Shown here in pieces: positions 46,819 through 55,523 of a stretch of DNA of 64,000 bases. Within the stretch, counting starts at the first letter, position 1; every line of letters starts with the position of its first letter. This DNA comes from Chloroflexota bacterium (GTDB lineage: Bacteria > Chloroflexota > Chloroflexia > Thermomicrobiales > UBA6265): contig JAEWEG010000045.1 of assembly GCA_023389575.1 (NCBI GenBank), forward strand, positions 13,230 to 77,229, read 5' to 3'. The position numbers and the translations under genes are program-made. Under the pieces are notes generated by a model. That model was not told where the DNA came from. It ran no database searches and saw nothing but the letters and a program-made list of their open reading frames with translations.

Positions 46819-47196
46819 TTACTCGTCGCCGCGCTCCTCGTCGCCCTGGTCGCCTCGGCGCACCAACCGGTCGCTCTCGTCGTCTGGATCCTTGTCGCCC
46901 AGTCCCCACTCATGGTCAGCCCGTGGCGTGTAGGCGCCAAGTTCCATCAGGGCCGCCTCGCGTTCGGCCATCGGCTTGTCGCCCAGGATGACCTCGGCCA
47001 AATGCTGCGCCTCGCGCGAGTCCACGATCCCATCGGGTCCCTTGCCGAACTCGCCTTCCAGCGCGGCGTGCACGCGCGACACATCCACGCCGAACCCGGC
47101 CGCAACCTGATCGGCCGAGAACGTCCCGCCCTGGTCCTCGCCCGCTGGCCGGTATTCGCCGTGCTCGCTGCCGGTGGAAGCTCCACTATCGCTCAT
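46819..47196 (-). CDS. Acidic hypothetical protein
   Basis: ATG 47196 follows GAAGGGA. 125 aa, Asp/Glu/Gly-rich at both ends. No recognisable motif. Confidence 0.4.
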   Translation of the reverse strand: MSDSGASTGSEHGEYRPAGEDQGGTFSADQVAAGFGVDVSRVHAALEGEFGKGPDGIVDSREAQHLAEVILGDKPMAEREAALMELGAYTPRADHEWGLGDKDPDDESDRLVRRGDQGDEERGDE

Positions 47197-47352
47197 GTAC
47201 CTGTCCCTTCGTTCGGTCCCGTGTCGTATCGGTTGGAGCGCAAAGCATGACCGACGGCCAACCGCCGCGCAACCGCTCTTCCCGACCGGGCTCGCGTCCC
47301 GCCGCGCCAGTACGTCCCGACGATGCGTTTCTCCAGCGGCGGATCGGCACGC

Positions 47353-47389
47353 GAAAGCGGCGGGAAGGTCGCGCCTCCCCGCCGCTTTC
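47353..47389 (-). terminator. Hairpin about 50 nt after the class C-type hydrolase gene
   Basis: GAAAGCGGCGGG-(13 nt)-CCCGCCGCTTTC, a 12-bp stem. Confidence 0.5.
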
Positions 47390-47439
47390 ACCCTTGCCAG
47401 TATGGCCTTCAGCCCAGGGGCGGACGGAAAGCCGGAGAC

Positions 47440-49038
47440 CTACTCGCCGTCGACCGAGCGCCAGAACGTTCCCGCGCCATACACGTCGAGGTTCTCCACC
47501 ACCACGTGCGAGGCCACGCCATCTCCATCCAGCGTGAAGGTGACGGCGCTGGTCGTTCCACCGTTTTCGCCAGGAGGCATGTAGGTGAACACGTCACGCG
47601 AGTAGTGGGCAAGCGAGAAGGTCATCCCCGCCGGTCCAACCCGCATCACCAACCCCTCGCTCTCCTCCAGCACCTCCAGCGGCCCGAAGAAGTCATTCGC
47701 ATACTCACCGGTGTACGCGCCAGCGTCCGCGGGCTCGATCACCACGGTTGGCGGTTCGGCCACGGACGCGCCATATTTCGGCGCCCCTGACTCCTTAATA
47801 ATCGCGCCGACCAGCGGGAGGTAGTCCATCCGAACGGCGCCAACGTGGAACAGGTCAAGGAAGCCCAGCGCGATCGCTTCGGCCGCCCCCTCCGGCGCGG
47901 CATTGGTCAGCACCGTGATTCCGAGTCCCTCCGCGGGCAGCAGGAACACGCAGGTCGCCGCGCCCAGCGCGAATGCCCCGGAGTGGGAGACCGACACACT
48001 GTCGCCGCCGTATCCCACGTTGAAGCCCAGGCCGTAGAACCCCGCCTGCTCGGTGGACGGATGATCGGGATGGTTGCTGATCGCGTGCGGGAGATGCGTT
48101 TCCTCCAGGCCCGCCGCGGCCACCACCTGCTCGCCATCGAACATGCCGTTCGCCAGCTGCAACCGCATCCACTGGCTCATGTCATTGACCGAGGAGCTGG
48201 CTCCACCGGCTGGCGACTGGGGGTCCGGCTGGCGGTCCTCGGCGTGGGTCCACTCGCCGTTCACCAGCATGTGACCGGCGGCGCGGTTGTCCATCGCCAT
48301 GAATTCCGCGTTCAGCGAGGTTGTCCGCGTCATGCCCAGAGGTTCGTAGAGCCGGGTTCGCGACGTGTCCTCCCAGGTCGAACCGGTGAACCGCGCCGCC
48401 GCGTCGGCCGCCGCCGTCAGCCCGAAGTTGGTGTAGGCGTATGAATCGCGGAACGACCCTTCTGGTTCCAGGTAGCGCAGGTTGTGCAGCACCAGTTCGC
48501 GGTCGCCGCCGAGGTCCTCCAGCAGGTCTCCCGCGTGATCGGCGAGCCCGCTCCGGTGGCTGAACAGGTCGGCCAGCGTGACGTTCGCCGTCACCCACGG
48601 GTCGCTCAGCGCAAACCCCGGATCGATGTCCGCCATCTTCGTGTTCCAGGCAATGGAACCGTCACCCACCAACGCCGCGACCACCGTGGAGGCCAGGCTC
48701 TTGGAGACGGACGCCAGCTGGAACACCGTATCGGCGTCCACCGCGCCTTCCACGCCCGCTTCGCGAACGCCGAAACCGGCGGCGTACTTCTGTGTGTCCT
48801 CGTGTACCACCGAGACGGCGATTCCCGGAATGCCCGTCCGGCTCATGACGTCGTCAACGAGGCCAGGCAACCCCTCCAGCGCTACGTCGATTCCTCCAGC
48901 CTCCGCGACGGGCGAAGCCTCCTGCGCGTGTCCCGCGACTGGCGCGGCAACCACGGCCGCCATCGAGGCGGCCGTCCCCGCGGCGATCGCCTGCCGCCGT
49001 GAAAGGCGTGGCTGGCGCACCTGGTCATGTATGGCCAT
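47440..49038 (-). CDS. Tat-exported serine hydrolase (class C beta-lactamase/PBP fold) with C-terminal beta-sandwich extension
   Basis: ATG 49038 follows AAAGGAA. Twin-arginine signal LSRRQAIAAG, SxxK motif ASVSKS, YAYTNFG (Tyr motif). Confidence 0.8.
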   Translation of the reverse strand: MAIHDQVRQPRLSRRQAIAAGTAASMAAVVAAPVAGHAQEASPVAEAGGIDVALEGLPGLVDDVMSRTGIPGIAVSVVHEDTQKYAAGFGVREAGVEGAVDADTVFQLASVSKSLASTVVAALVGDGSIAWNTKMADIDPGFALSDPWVTANVTLADLFSHRSGLADHAGDLLEDLGGDRELVLHNLRYLEPEGSFRDSYAYTNFGLTAAADAAARFTGSTWEDTSRTRLYEPLGMTRTTSLNAEFMAMDNRAAGHMLVNGEWTHAEDRQPDPQSPAGGASSSVNDMSQWMRLQLANGMFDGEQVVAAAGLEETHLPHAISNHPDHPSTEQAGFYGLGFNVGYGGDSVSVSHSGAFALGAATCVFLLPAEGLGITVLTNAAPEGAAEAIALGFLDLFHVGAVRMDYLPLVGAIIKESGAPKYGASVAEPPTVVIEPADAGAYTGEYANDFFGPLEVLEESEGLVMRVGPAGMTFSLAHYSRDVFTYMPPGENGGTTSAVTFTLDGDGVASHVVVENLDVYGAGTFWRSVDGE

Positions 49039-49198
49039 GCTGTGTGTTCCTTTGTCGAAACCAAATGATGTGCAAGACGTCACTGTTCGGTCGTCGAACG
49101 CAGGAGCATGCCGTTCTACTCGGAGCGCAGGATTCCCACCTCCATTCTGTCAGAAAATCCCCAAAATGGATCATTCGCTCCCGACGAATTCCCCATCC

Positions 49199-49966
49199 CT
49201 ATCCCAGCTCATCGGCCGCGAACCGGATGAACGCCGTCACCTCGTCCGCGGTCGCCAGGTCCTGACCGTGGGACCATCGCTCGGCACGATCCACCAGCGA
49301 CGCCCATGGCTCGCCGTATGCTCGTTTCACCCAGGCCGACGCCACGCGTTTGGATGCGACCTCGTCATGCTTTGCCCTATGCAGGATGCGACAGATCGTC
49401 AGCACCGTGTACGCCTGCTGGTGGGGGTCCTCGTAGAACTCCGTGTCACCGACCGTTGGCAACCGCTCGTCGAACAGATCCCGCGCCGACGCCGCCCGCA
49501 CATCGGCGATGTCGACCTCGGGCAGGATGCTGACCGGTTCCGGCCCGATCAGCGCCACGCCACGCTCCCGCAGCACGAACAGGTTCAGCAGCCACTCGTT
49601 CCCATAGGGAGGATCCGGGTCCCAGAACGCCCCCTGGTTCACGTACGGCCGCCCCTGCTCGGGCGGGTCGATCCGCTTCAGCATCTCCACCGTCACGTAG
49701 GTGCCCTCGATTCGCTCCCTCCACACCGGGAAGCGACTCCCCACCTCATCGTGAAGCCGTTCCAGGGCCGTCCGCTGGTCCGAATTGATCTCCCGTCGCG
49801 TCGCGACCAGGTAGTCGATATCGCTGCTGCCGCGGTCGAAATCGCCGTAGGTCAGCGAACCGGTGAGATAGAACCCGACCAGGTTCTCGCCGAGCGCGTT
49901 CGCGATTCCCTCGCCCAGCATGTCCAGCACTTCGTCGACATCGGCGTGACCAGTTGATGCCCGCAT
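49199..49966 (-). CDS. Nucleotidyltransferase, aminoglycoside adenylyltransferase-like (NTase + DUF4111-type C-terminus)
   Basis: GSLTYGDFDRGSSDIDYLV (the G-S...D-x-D NTase motif), with a helical C-terminal domain. Confidence 0.65.
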   Translation of the reverse strand: MRASTGHADVDEVLDMLGEGIANALGENLVGFYLTGSLTYGDFDRGSSDIDYLVATRREINSDQRTALERLHDEVGSRFPVWRERIEGTYVTVEMLKRIDPPEQGRPYVNQGAFWDPDPPYGNEWLLNLFVLRERGVALIGPEPVSILPEVDIADVRAASARDLFDERLPTVGDTEFYEDPHQQAYTVLTICRILHRAKHDEVASKRVASAWVKRAYGEPWASLVDRAERWSHGQDLATADEVTAFIRFAADELG

Positions 49967-50010
49967 CTGAACAGAGGTCCTCCGCGTTGATGCTATCGTA
50001 GGGTCCGATC

Positions 50011-50715
50011 ATGCCACAGGTTGTCCCAATCCTCGCGAAGGAGCAGGTCGTGGAGAAACAACCGTTCGATATCGACCAGGCCATGACCCGGATCGCCGAG
50101 GCGGTCGAGCCATTTCCGAAAGCGGCCATGTTCGAGCTGTTCGAGGATGGCTACGACACGGTGTTCGAGCAACTCGTCGCCTGCCTGCTGTCCGTCCGCA
50201 CCCGCGACGAAGTCTCCGTGAAGACCGCGCCGCGCCTCTTCGCCGTCGCGCGTTCTCCCCAGGACGTCGCCAACCTCCCGGTCCCGGAGATCGCGACCCT
50301 CATCGCGGATAGCACCTTCGCCCCGCGCAAGGCCGAACAGATCGCCGCAATCGCCAAACGCACCGTCGAGGAGTTCGGTGGCGTACTGCCCTGCGACGCC
50401 GAGGTGCTCCAATCGTTCAATGGCATCGGCCCCAAGTGCGCCAACCTGGCGCTCGGCGTTGCCTGTGGCGCGCCGGTCATCAGCGTCGACATCCACGTCT
50501 ATCGCGTCACGAATCGGTGGGGATACGTCCGGGCCACTACACCGGAAAAGACGATGCTCGCCCTCGAACAGGTGCTGCCGGAGAAGTACTGGATCGAAAT
50601 CAATCGCCTGCTGGTGCCGTTCGGCAAGCACATCTGCACTGGCGAGCGCCCCAAATGCTCCACCTGCCCCGTGCTCGACATATGCCGGCAGGTCGGCGTC
50701 ACCAGTCACCGCTGA
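50011..50715 (+). CDS. nth: Endonuclease III
   Basis: HhH-GPD region (FNGIGPKCANL...VDIHVYRV) and a 4Fe-4S loop CTGERPKCSTCPVLDIC. Confidence 0.9.
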   Translation: MPQVVPILAKEQVVEKQPFDIDQAMTRIAEAVEPFPKAAMFELFEDGYDTVFEQLVACLLSVRTRDEVSVKTAPRLFAVARSPQDVANLPVPEIATLIADSTFAPRKAEQIAAIAKRTVEEFGGVLPCDAEVLQSFNGIGPKCANLALGVACGAPVISVDIHVYRVTNRWGYVRATTPEKTMLALEQVLPEKYWIEINRLLVPFGKHICTGERPKCSTCPVLDICRQVGVTSHR

Positions 50716-50813
50716 ATGGCCGTTGCGGGTCCTAACCCCGTGGATGACAATGCCCCAGCCGCGGCACGATCGCGGGCAGTCGACCAAGTCAACCACGGAG
50801 CGAAACCAGTCTC

Positions 50814-51800
50814 ATGACCACCCCGGAATCCACACCACGAATCGGCGTCATTGGCGTCGGCACCATCGGCCAGACTCACATCAAGACCTGGACCGCCATC
50901 GGCTGCCCGCCGGTCGCCTTCGCCGACGCCGTTCCCGCCGCGCTGGAGGCAACGGTCGCGAAGTCTGGCGGCCATGGATTCGCCAGCGCCCTGGACCTGA
51001 TCGCCAGTGGCGAGGTCGACATCGTCAGCGTCTGCACCCCGCCAGCCTTCCATCGCGAAATCGTGGTCGCGGCCCTCGAGGCCAACGTCGCCGTCCTCTG
51101 CGAGAAGCCCCTCGCCCACAACCTGGCCGACGCCGAGGCGATCGCCGAAGCAGCAGAGCGGACCGGAACGCTGGTGTCCGTCGGCTTCTGTCACCGCTTC
51201 CAGCCGCACCTCCAGCGCCTCAAGGCGCTCATCGACGATGGCGAACTCGGAACCGTCATGAGCTACCGCAACCGCTTCGCCGGGCACAACAAGAACGTCG
51301 AAAAGACCTGGTTCGCCAACCCCGCCATCGCCGGCGGCGGCGTCCTCTCCGACACCAGCATCCACTCCATCGACACCTTCCGCTACCTGATTGGCGACCC
51401 GGTCCGCGTCCACGCCTTCACCGGCACCCGGGACACCGAACTCGGCCCCCGGCTGGACGTCGAGGACACGGCGGCGATGATCCTGCAAACCGCGGACGGC
51501 ACCATCGGCGTGATCGAGTCGAGCTGGCGAACCCCCGCCGGGGAATGGTCCTTCACCGTCCACGGCACCGCCGGAACCGCCCTGTTCGACTACGGCACGA
51601 TGAAGCTCGAGGTGATCGACGCCAGCAAGCAGTCCCGCGATATCGAGGTCGAGGACGGCGATCGCTTCCAGCGCGAGTTCGCCCATTTCCTCGACTGCTG
51701 GCGAACGGGCACCACCCCGCGCGTCACCGTCGCCGACGGCCTGGCCGCCAACCGCATCCTGGACGCCGCCTATCGTGCCGACTGGGAGTCCGCCACGTAA
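50814..51800 (+). CDS. Gfo/Idh/MocA family oxidoreductase
   Basis: RIGVIGVGTIG and CEKPLA. Confidence 0.8.
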   Translation: MTTPESTPRIGVIGVGTIGQTHIKTWTAIGCPPVAFADAVPAALEATVAKSGGHGFASALDLIASGEVDIVSVCTPPAFHREIVVAALEANVAVLCEKPLAHNLADAEAIAEAAERTGTLVSVGFCHRFQPHLQRLKALIDDGELGTVMSYRNRFAGHNKNVEKTWFANPAIAGGGVLSDTSIHSIDTFRYLIGDPVRVHAFTGTRDTELGPRLDVEDTAAMILQTADGTIGVIESSWRTPAGEWSFTVHGTAGTALFDYGTMKLEVIDASKQSRDIEVEDGDRFQREFAHFLDCWRTGTTPRVTVADGLAANRILDAAYRADWESAT

Positions 51801-51826
51801 CTCCGGCCGCCGCGGGTGTCCCCTGA

Positions 51827-52261
51827 CTACCCTTCGTCGCCGGTCACCGTGACGGTCACCGACTCGCTTGAATCGACCGTGCATTCGAACTCGTACACGC
51901 CCGGGTTGTCGAACCTGGCCGTGTAGGTCTGCCCGGGGCCGATCACCCACGGGCCAGCCCTGTTCGCCACCGAGTCGTCGTTGCGCACCGTGATCCGGGC
52001 CACGTCGCCGGGCCCGAACCGGATGTCGGTCGGTATCTCGATCGCCGAATCGATCGTCGGCACCGCCACCATGTCGGATGCTCCCGCCGGGATCACGAAG
52101 AGCAATCCCGGATCCTCGTCGTTGCCCGCGCGGTTCGTCGCGATCGCGATTGCTCCCACGAACAGCACCGCCACGGCCAGGGACAGCAGCAGCGAGCTGC
52201 GTCTCTGGAGGAACCGGCGCCTCCGGGGAGGGCTTGAGACCTGTTGATCTTCGTCGGTCAT
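51827..52261 (-). CDS. Membrane-anchored cupredoxin-like protein with altered copper ligands
   Basis: ATG 52261 follows GGAGG. One TM helix (LLLSLAVAVLFVGAIAIA). RNDDSVANRA and GVYEFECTVDSSESVTVTV align with TNDDQVSHTA and GTFEYVCAFHAGMRATVVV of the 63106 cupredoxin. Confidence 0.55.
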   Translation of the reverse strand: MTDEDQQVSSPPRRRRFLQRRSSLLLSLAVAVLFVGAIAIATNRAGNDEDPGLLFVIPAGASDMVAVPTIDSAIEIPTDIRFGPGDVARITVRNDDSVANRAGPWVIGPGQTYTARFDNPGVYEFECTVDSSESVTVTVTGDEG

Positions 52262-52278
52262 GTCCGTGCCTCCATCTT

Positions 52279-53580
52279 TCACATCAATGCGCCAGCCGAA
52301 CTGGTCCACGCGGTCAACCGGGTCAGCGCGCCCGAAATCATCAGGATCCCGATCGCGATGATCAGCACCGCGCTGATTCGCTCCAGGCGTGGCAACCACG
52401 GCCCGAATCCCTTGCGATGGCGCATAAACCGGTCGATCAGCACCGTTCCCAGCAGGAACGGCACGGCCAGGCCCAGCGAGTAGATCGTCAGCAACAGCAC
52501 CCCCTGCCCCATCGAGGCGGTGGCAGCCGCCAGGGTCAGGATGCTGGCCAGGGCGGGGCCGATGCAGGGCGTCCACCCGGCTCCGAACGCCATCCCGATC
52601 GCGAAGGTCCCAATCGGCCGGGCCGGTTTCCCGGACTGGCCGAACGATGGCCGCACGATGCGGTCCAGCGCCGCGATCCGGAACACGCCGAGCATGTGCA
52701 GGCCCATCACCAGCAGGAGCACGCCACCGATCCTGGCGATCCAGTCGCGATACTCATGCAGCAGGCCGCCAATCGCCGAGGCGGACGCCCCCATCGCGAT
52801 GAACACCACGCTGAACCCGCCGACGAACAGCAGGCCGTTTCGCAGGGCGATTCGCCGCGTCTTCTGGCGCTGATCGGCCTGCTGGCGGCTCATCTCCTCG
52901 GCGCTCACGCCGGTGATGTAGGCCGCGTAGGTTGGAATCAGCGGAAACACGCAGGGCGACAGCACGCTCAGCAATCCCGCCGCGAACGCCGCCAGCAGCC
53001 CCACGGTGGCAACCGTCGGAATCGCGTCGCTGTCGACCGCGCCACTGCTGGAGAGCGCCGATTCGATCAGGCTCCGGTTTTCAGGGCTTCCCGCTTCCAG
53101 TTCGCCCTTCCACTGGTAGGCGATGTTGCCGGCCCGGTCGATCAGGATCGTCTCCGGCACGCCAGACGTGCGGAACGCCTGCTGGAAATCCCCGGGCTCG
53201 TCCCGCACGAGGGTGAAATTCACCCCCAGGTCGCTGGCGAAGTCGGCGATCCGCTGGTTGGAGCCACCGATATCGAGGCTCACCCCGATCACGTGCAGGC
53301 CGTCCTCGCCGTACTCGTCGGCGAGCGCCTGGAGTTCCGGCATCTCGCGCTTGCATGGCTCACACCAGGTCGCCCAGATGTTGACCAGCACCACCTCTCC
53401 CCGCAAATCACGCAGGGAGAGGTCGCCGGAACCATCGAGGAGTGGCGCGGTCAGGTCGGGCGCCTCCTCGGCGCCGGCGGGGGTTCCGGCGATCCCACCG
53501 CCGAGCAACGCGACCAGGAATGCGAGGACGATCCCGCCGCGAAACGAGCGTTTTGAAAGGTCACATCTCGGGCGTTGCAT
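52279..53580 (-). CDS. TlpA/ResA-like thioredoxin fused to CcdA (DsbD-family) thiol-disulfide transporter
   Basis: WATWCEPC thioredoxin motif, then CcdA helices with LSPCVFPLIP and GWTPCIGP. ATG 53580 overlaps the pcuAC-like gene by 20 nt. Confidence 0.85.
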   Translation of the reverse strand: MQRPRCDLSKRSFRGGIVLAFLVALLGGGIAGTPAGAEEAPDLTAPLLDGSGDLSLRDLRGEVVLVNIWATWCEPCKREMPELQALADEYGEDGLHVIGVSLDIGGSNQRIADFASDLGVNFTLVRDEPGDFQQAFRTSGVPETILIDRAGNIAYQWKGELEAGSPENRSLIESALSSSGAVDSDAIPTVATVGLLAAFAAGLLSVLSPCVFPLIPTYAAYITGVSAEEMSRQQADQRQKTRRIALRNGLLFVGGFSVVFIAMGASASAIGGLLHEYRDWIARIGGVLLLVMGLHMLGVFRIAALDRIVRPSFGQSGKPARPIGTFAIGMAFGAGWTPCIGPALASILTLAAATASMGQGVLLLTIYSLGLAVPFLLGTVLIDRFMRHRKGFGPWLPRLERISAVLIIAIGILMISGALTRLTAWTSSAGALM

Positions 53581-54145
53581 GGGGAGTGCCTTCCGCCGTC
53601 GCGCTGGTCAGCTTGGGCGCGGGCCGCGACCACACGCCCTCGATCACGAGATCGCCTGCCGTCCACTGCTCGCCTTCTTCGGGCAGTTCGGTGGCGATCT
53701 GGGCCGTTACCGTCATGTCGCCAGCCTGCTCGAAAGTCAGCGTGATCTCGAACGTCTCCCCCGGCAACAGGGAGTAATTGAGCCCAATCAGCATCACGTG
53801 CAGGCTCATCGGCTCCAGAAGCACCGATTCGCCCGCCGGAATCTCCAGTCCCTCTTCGAGGTGCACCATCGACATCACTTCGTCCACGACTTCCATGTCA
53901 TGGATTTCGACGACCATCGCCGCGTCGGACGACGCGCCGATCAGCCGGTCGGCTTCGTCGCCGTTGTTGGTGATCGTCAGGTAGGCCGCGCCGGTGCCGG
54001 TATCGGCGGCGCCATGCCCGGCCATCGGGCTCGCGTCCGGGGTCGCTCCACCGGTATCGTGCGCCGTCGCGATGCGCCCGGCAGCGGCCAGGCTGGCCAC
54101 GAACAGGACAACCGCGACGATTGAAAGGATTCGCTTGCGTGCCAT
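53561..54145 (-). CDS. Copper chaperone PCu(A)C
   Basis: Signal/anchor MARKRILSIVAVVLFVASLAA. Cu(I) motif EIHDMEVVDEVMSM...SLHVML (the H-x10-M...H-x-M pattern). Confidence 0.8.
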   Translation of the reverse strand: MARKRILSIVAVVLFVASLAAAGRIATAHDTGGATPDASPMAGHGAADTGTGAAYLTITNNGDEADRLIGASSDAAMVVEIHDMEVVDEVMSMVHLEEGLEIPAGESVLLEPMSLHVMLIGLNYSLLPGETFEITLTFEQAGDMTVTAQIATELPEEGEQWTAGDLVIEGVWSRPAPKLTSATAEGTPHATPEM

Positions 54146-54185
54146 GGGAATGCTCCTCCAACCCAGCGTCTCATGTGGCCGGGAG

Positions 54186-54827
54186 TTAGTCGTCCAACAG
54201 GTGTTGTATGTCCTCGGTGATGTTCTCCACGTCGGTGCCGTATGCCCAGGTCAGGGCCAGGTTGCCTTCCTGGTCGATGGCGAAAAGCGAGGTGGTGTGG
54301 TCCACCAGGTAGCCGCTCACGCTGTCCGACTCCTGCCGCGCGTACATGATGTTGTAATCACGCGCCACCTTTCGGGTTTGCTCCTCGGTGCCACGCAGTG
54401 CGTGGTAATCGGGCCCGAAAAACTCCATGTATTCGAGGAGCCGGGCCTCGGTGTCCCGCTCTGGGTCCACCGATACGAAGACCACCTCGACGTTTTCCGC
54501 GTCATCGCCAAGCTGCTGCTCCACCCGCTGGATATCAAGCAGGGTCGTCGGGCAGAAATCCGGGCACCACGTGTACCCGAAGTACAGCAACACGACCTTC
54601 CCCTCCAGGCTTTCGAGGGAGAACGCGTTTCCGTGCTGGTCGGTGAGGTCGATTGGCGCGGCCTGGTTCGGTGGATCGAAGGTGCCGCCAAAGTACTCGT
54701 AGTCATCCTCGCCGAAGACACTGGTGCAACCTGAAAGCACCACCATCGACAGGATGAGCATCGTGAACGCCGCGAACCGCGACGTCCGTGGACGAAGAAC
54801 GCTCAAGGGAATATCTCCAGTTGTCAC
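54186..54827 (-). CDS. SCO (Sco1/SenC) family copper chaperone / thiol-disulfide oxidoreductase
   Basis: FGYTWCPDFCP (CxxxC) and LVDHTTSLF (conserved His). N-terminal anchor present. Confidence 0.85.
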   Translation of the reverse strand: MTTGDIPLSVLRPRTSRFAAFTMLILSMVVLSGCTSVFGEDDYEYFGGTFDPPNQAAPIDLTDQHGNAFSLESLEGKVVLLYFGYTWCPDFCPTTLLDIQRVEQQLGDDAENVEVVFVSVDPERDTEARLLEYMEFFGPDYHALRGTEEQTRKVARDYNIMYARQESDSVSGYLVDHTTSLFAIDQEGNLALTWAYGTDVENITEDIQHLLDD

Positions 54828-54866
54828 TGGGAAGGGTCGTCTGGGCGGCCATCATGATGGGCCGGA

Positions 54867-55337
54867 TCAGGCCGCCTTTGGGGGAGGGGCGGGCACGCTG
54901 GAAACGTGCCCGGCGTGGATGGTGGACAAAGCCAGATCTGGACGACCGTCGGTCTCATCCGTCAGGAACTGAGGAGCATCGTCGGATCTCGGCAGCACGT
55001 CGACGGTGATCACGGTGTGGGACGTGGTTCCCGGTTGAATCCGGTCGACATGCTCTTCGCACGACTCGCAGGGTTCGGCGAGCATGTCCGATTGGTGCAG
55101 CAGGTAGTGACCAGGCCGGGTGAACGTCTGGCTGACCGGTCGCTGCTCGGTGACCGTGCGCGTGTCCTCGCTGGTTACGTCCATCGCCGCCACACGAGGA
55201 CATCCCGGCAGGGCCACGACCGCCAGCAGGACGACGAGCAGCGTCATGGAGGAGCCGAAGCCCCTGTCCACCCAGTGTCTGAGTGTCGCCCCTAAAACCT
55301 GCATGCCGCGTTGCCTTGACGCTGCGTGGGGCACCAC
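54867..55337 (-). CDS. Membrane-anchored hypothetical protein with CxxC and His-rich segment
   Basis: GTG 55337 follows a GGAGGT RBS. One TM helix (MTLLVVLLAVVALPG). Extracytoplasmic part: RPGHYLLHQSDMLAEPCESCEEH. No family recognised. Confidence 0.5.
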   Translation of the reverse strand: MVPHAASRQRGMQVLGATLRHWVDRGFGSSMTLLVVLLAVVALPGCPRVAAMDVTSEDTRTVTEQRPVSQTFTRPGHYLLHQSDMLAEPCESCEEHVDRIQPGTTSHTVITVDVLPRSDDAPQFLTDETDGRPDLALSTIHAGHVSSVPAPPPKAA

Positions 55338-55523
55338 GCCGTACCTCCACCTTCTGGCCCAATTCTACCAAGCACCAGCGCGGCACGGATCAGGTGATGC
55401 ACTGGCGCTCGACCAGCCAATTTCACGTCCAGATCGCCAAATAGTCGCGTGAATCGCCGAGGAAGGGTACTATCGCCCTTCAAACTTTGAACCGCGCGGC
55501 GGGAACGGATCGAGGGGGTAACG

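Noticed and set aside
44250-49966. A possible antibiotic-resistance island: class A-like and class C-like beta-lactamase folds plus an aminoglycoside-adenylyltransferase-like gene.
   Set aside because: There are no mobile-element genes and no compositional break. The genes are interspersed with housekeeping-type genes. The class A-like protein lacks an export signal, and the class C-like protein has the extra C-terminal domain typical of generic serine hydrolases. A resistance function cannot be inferred.
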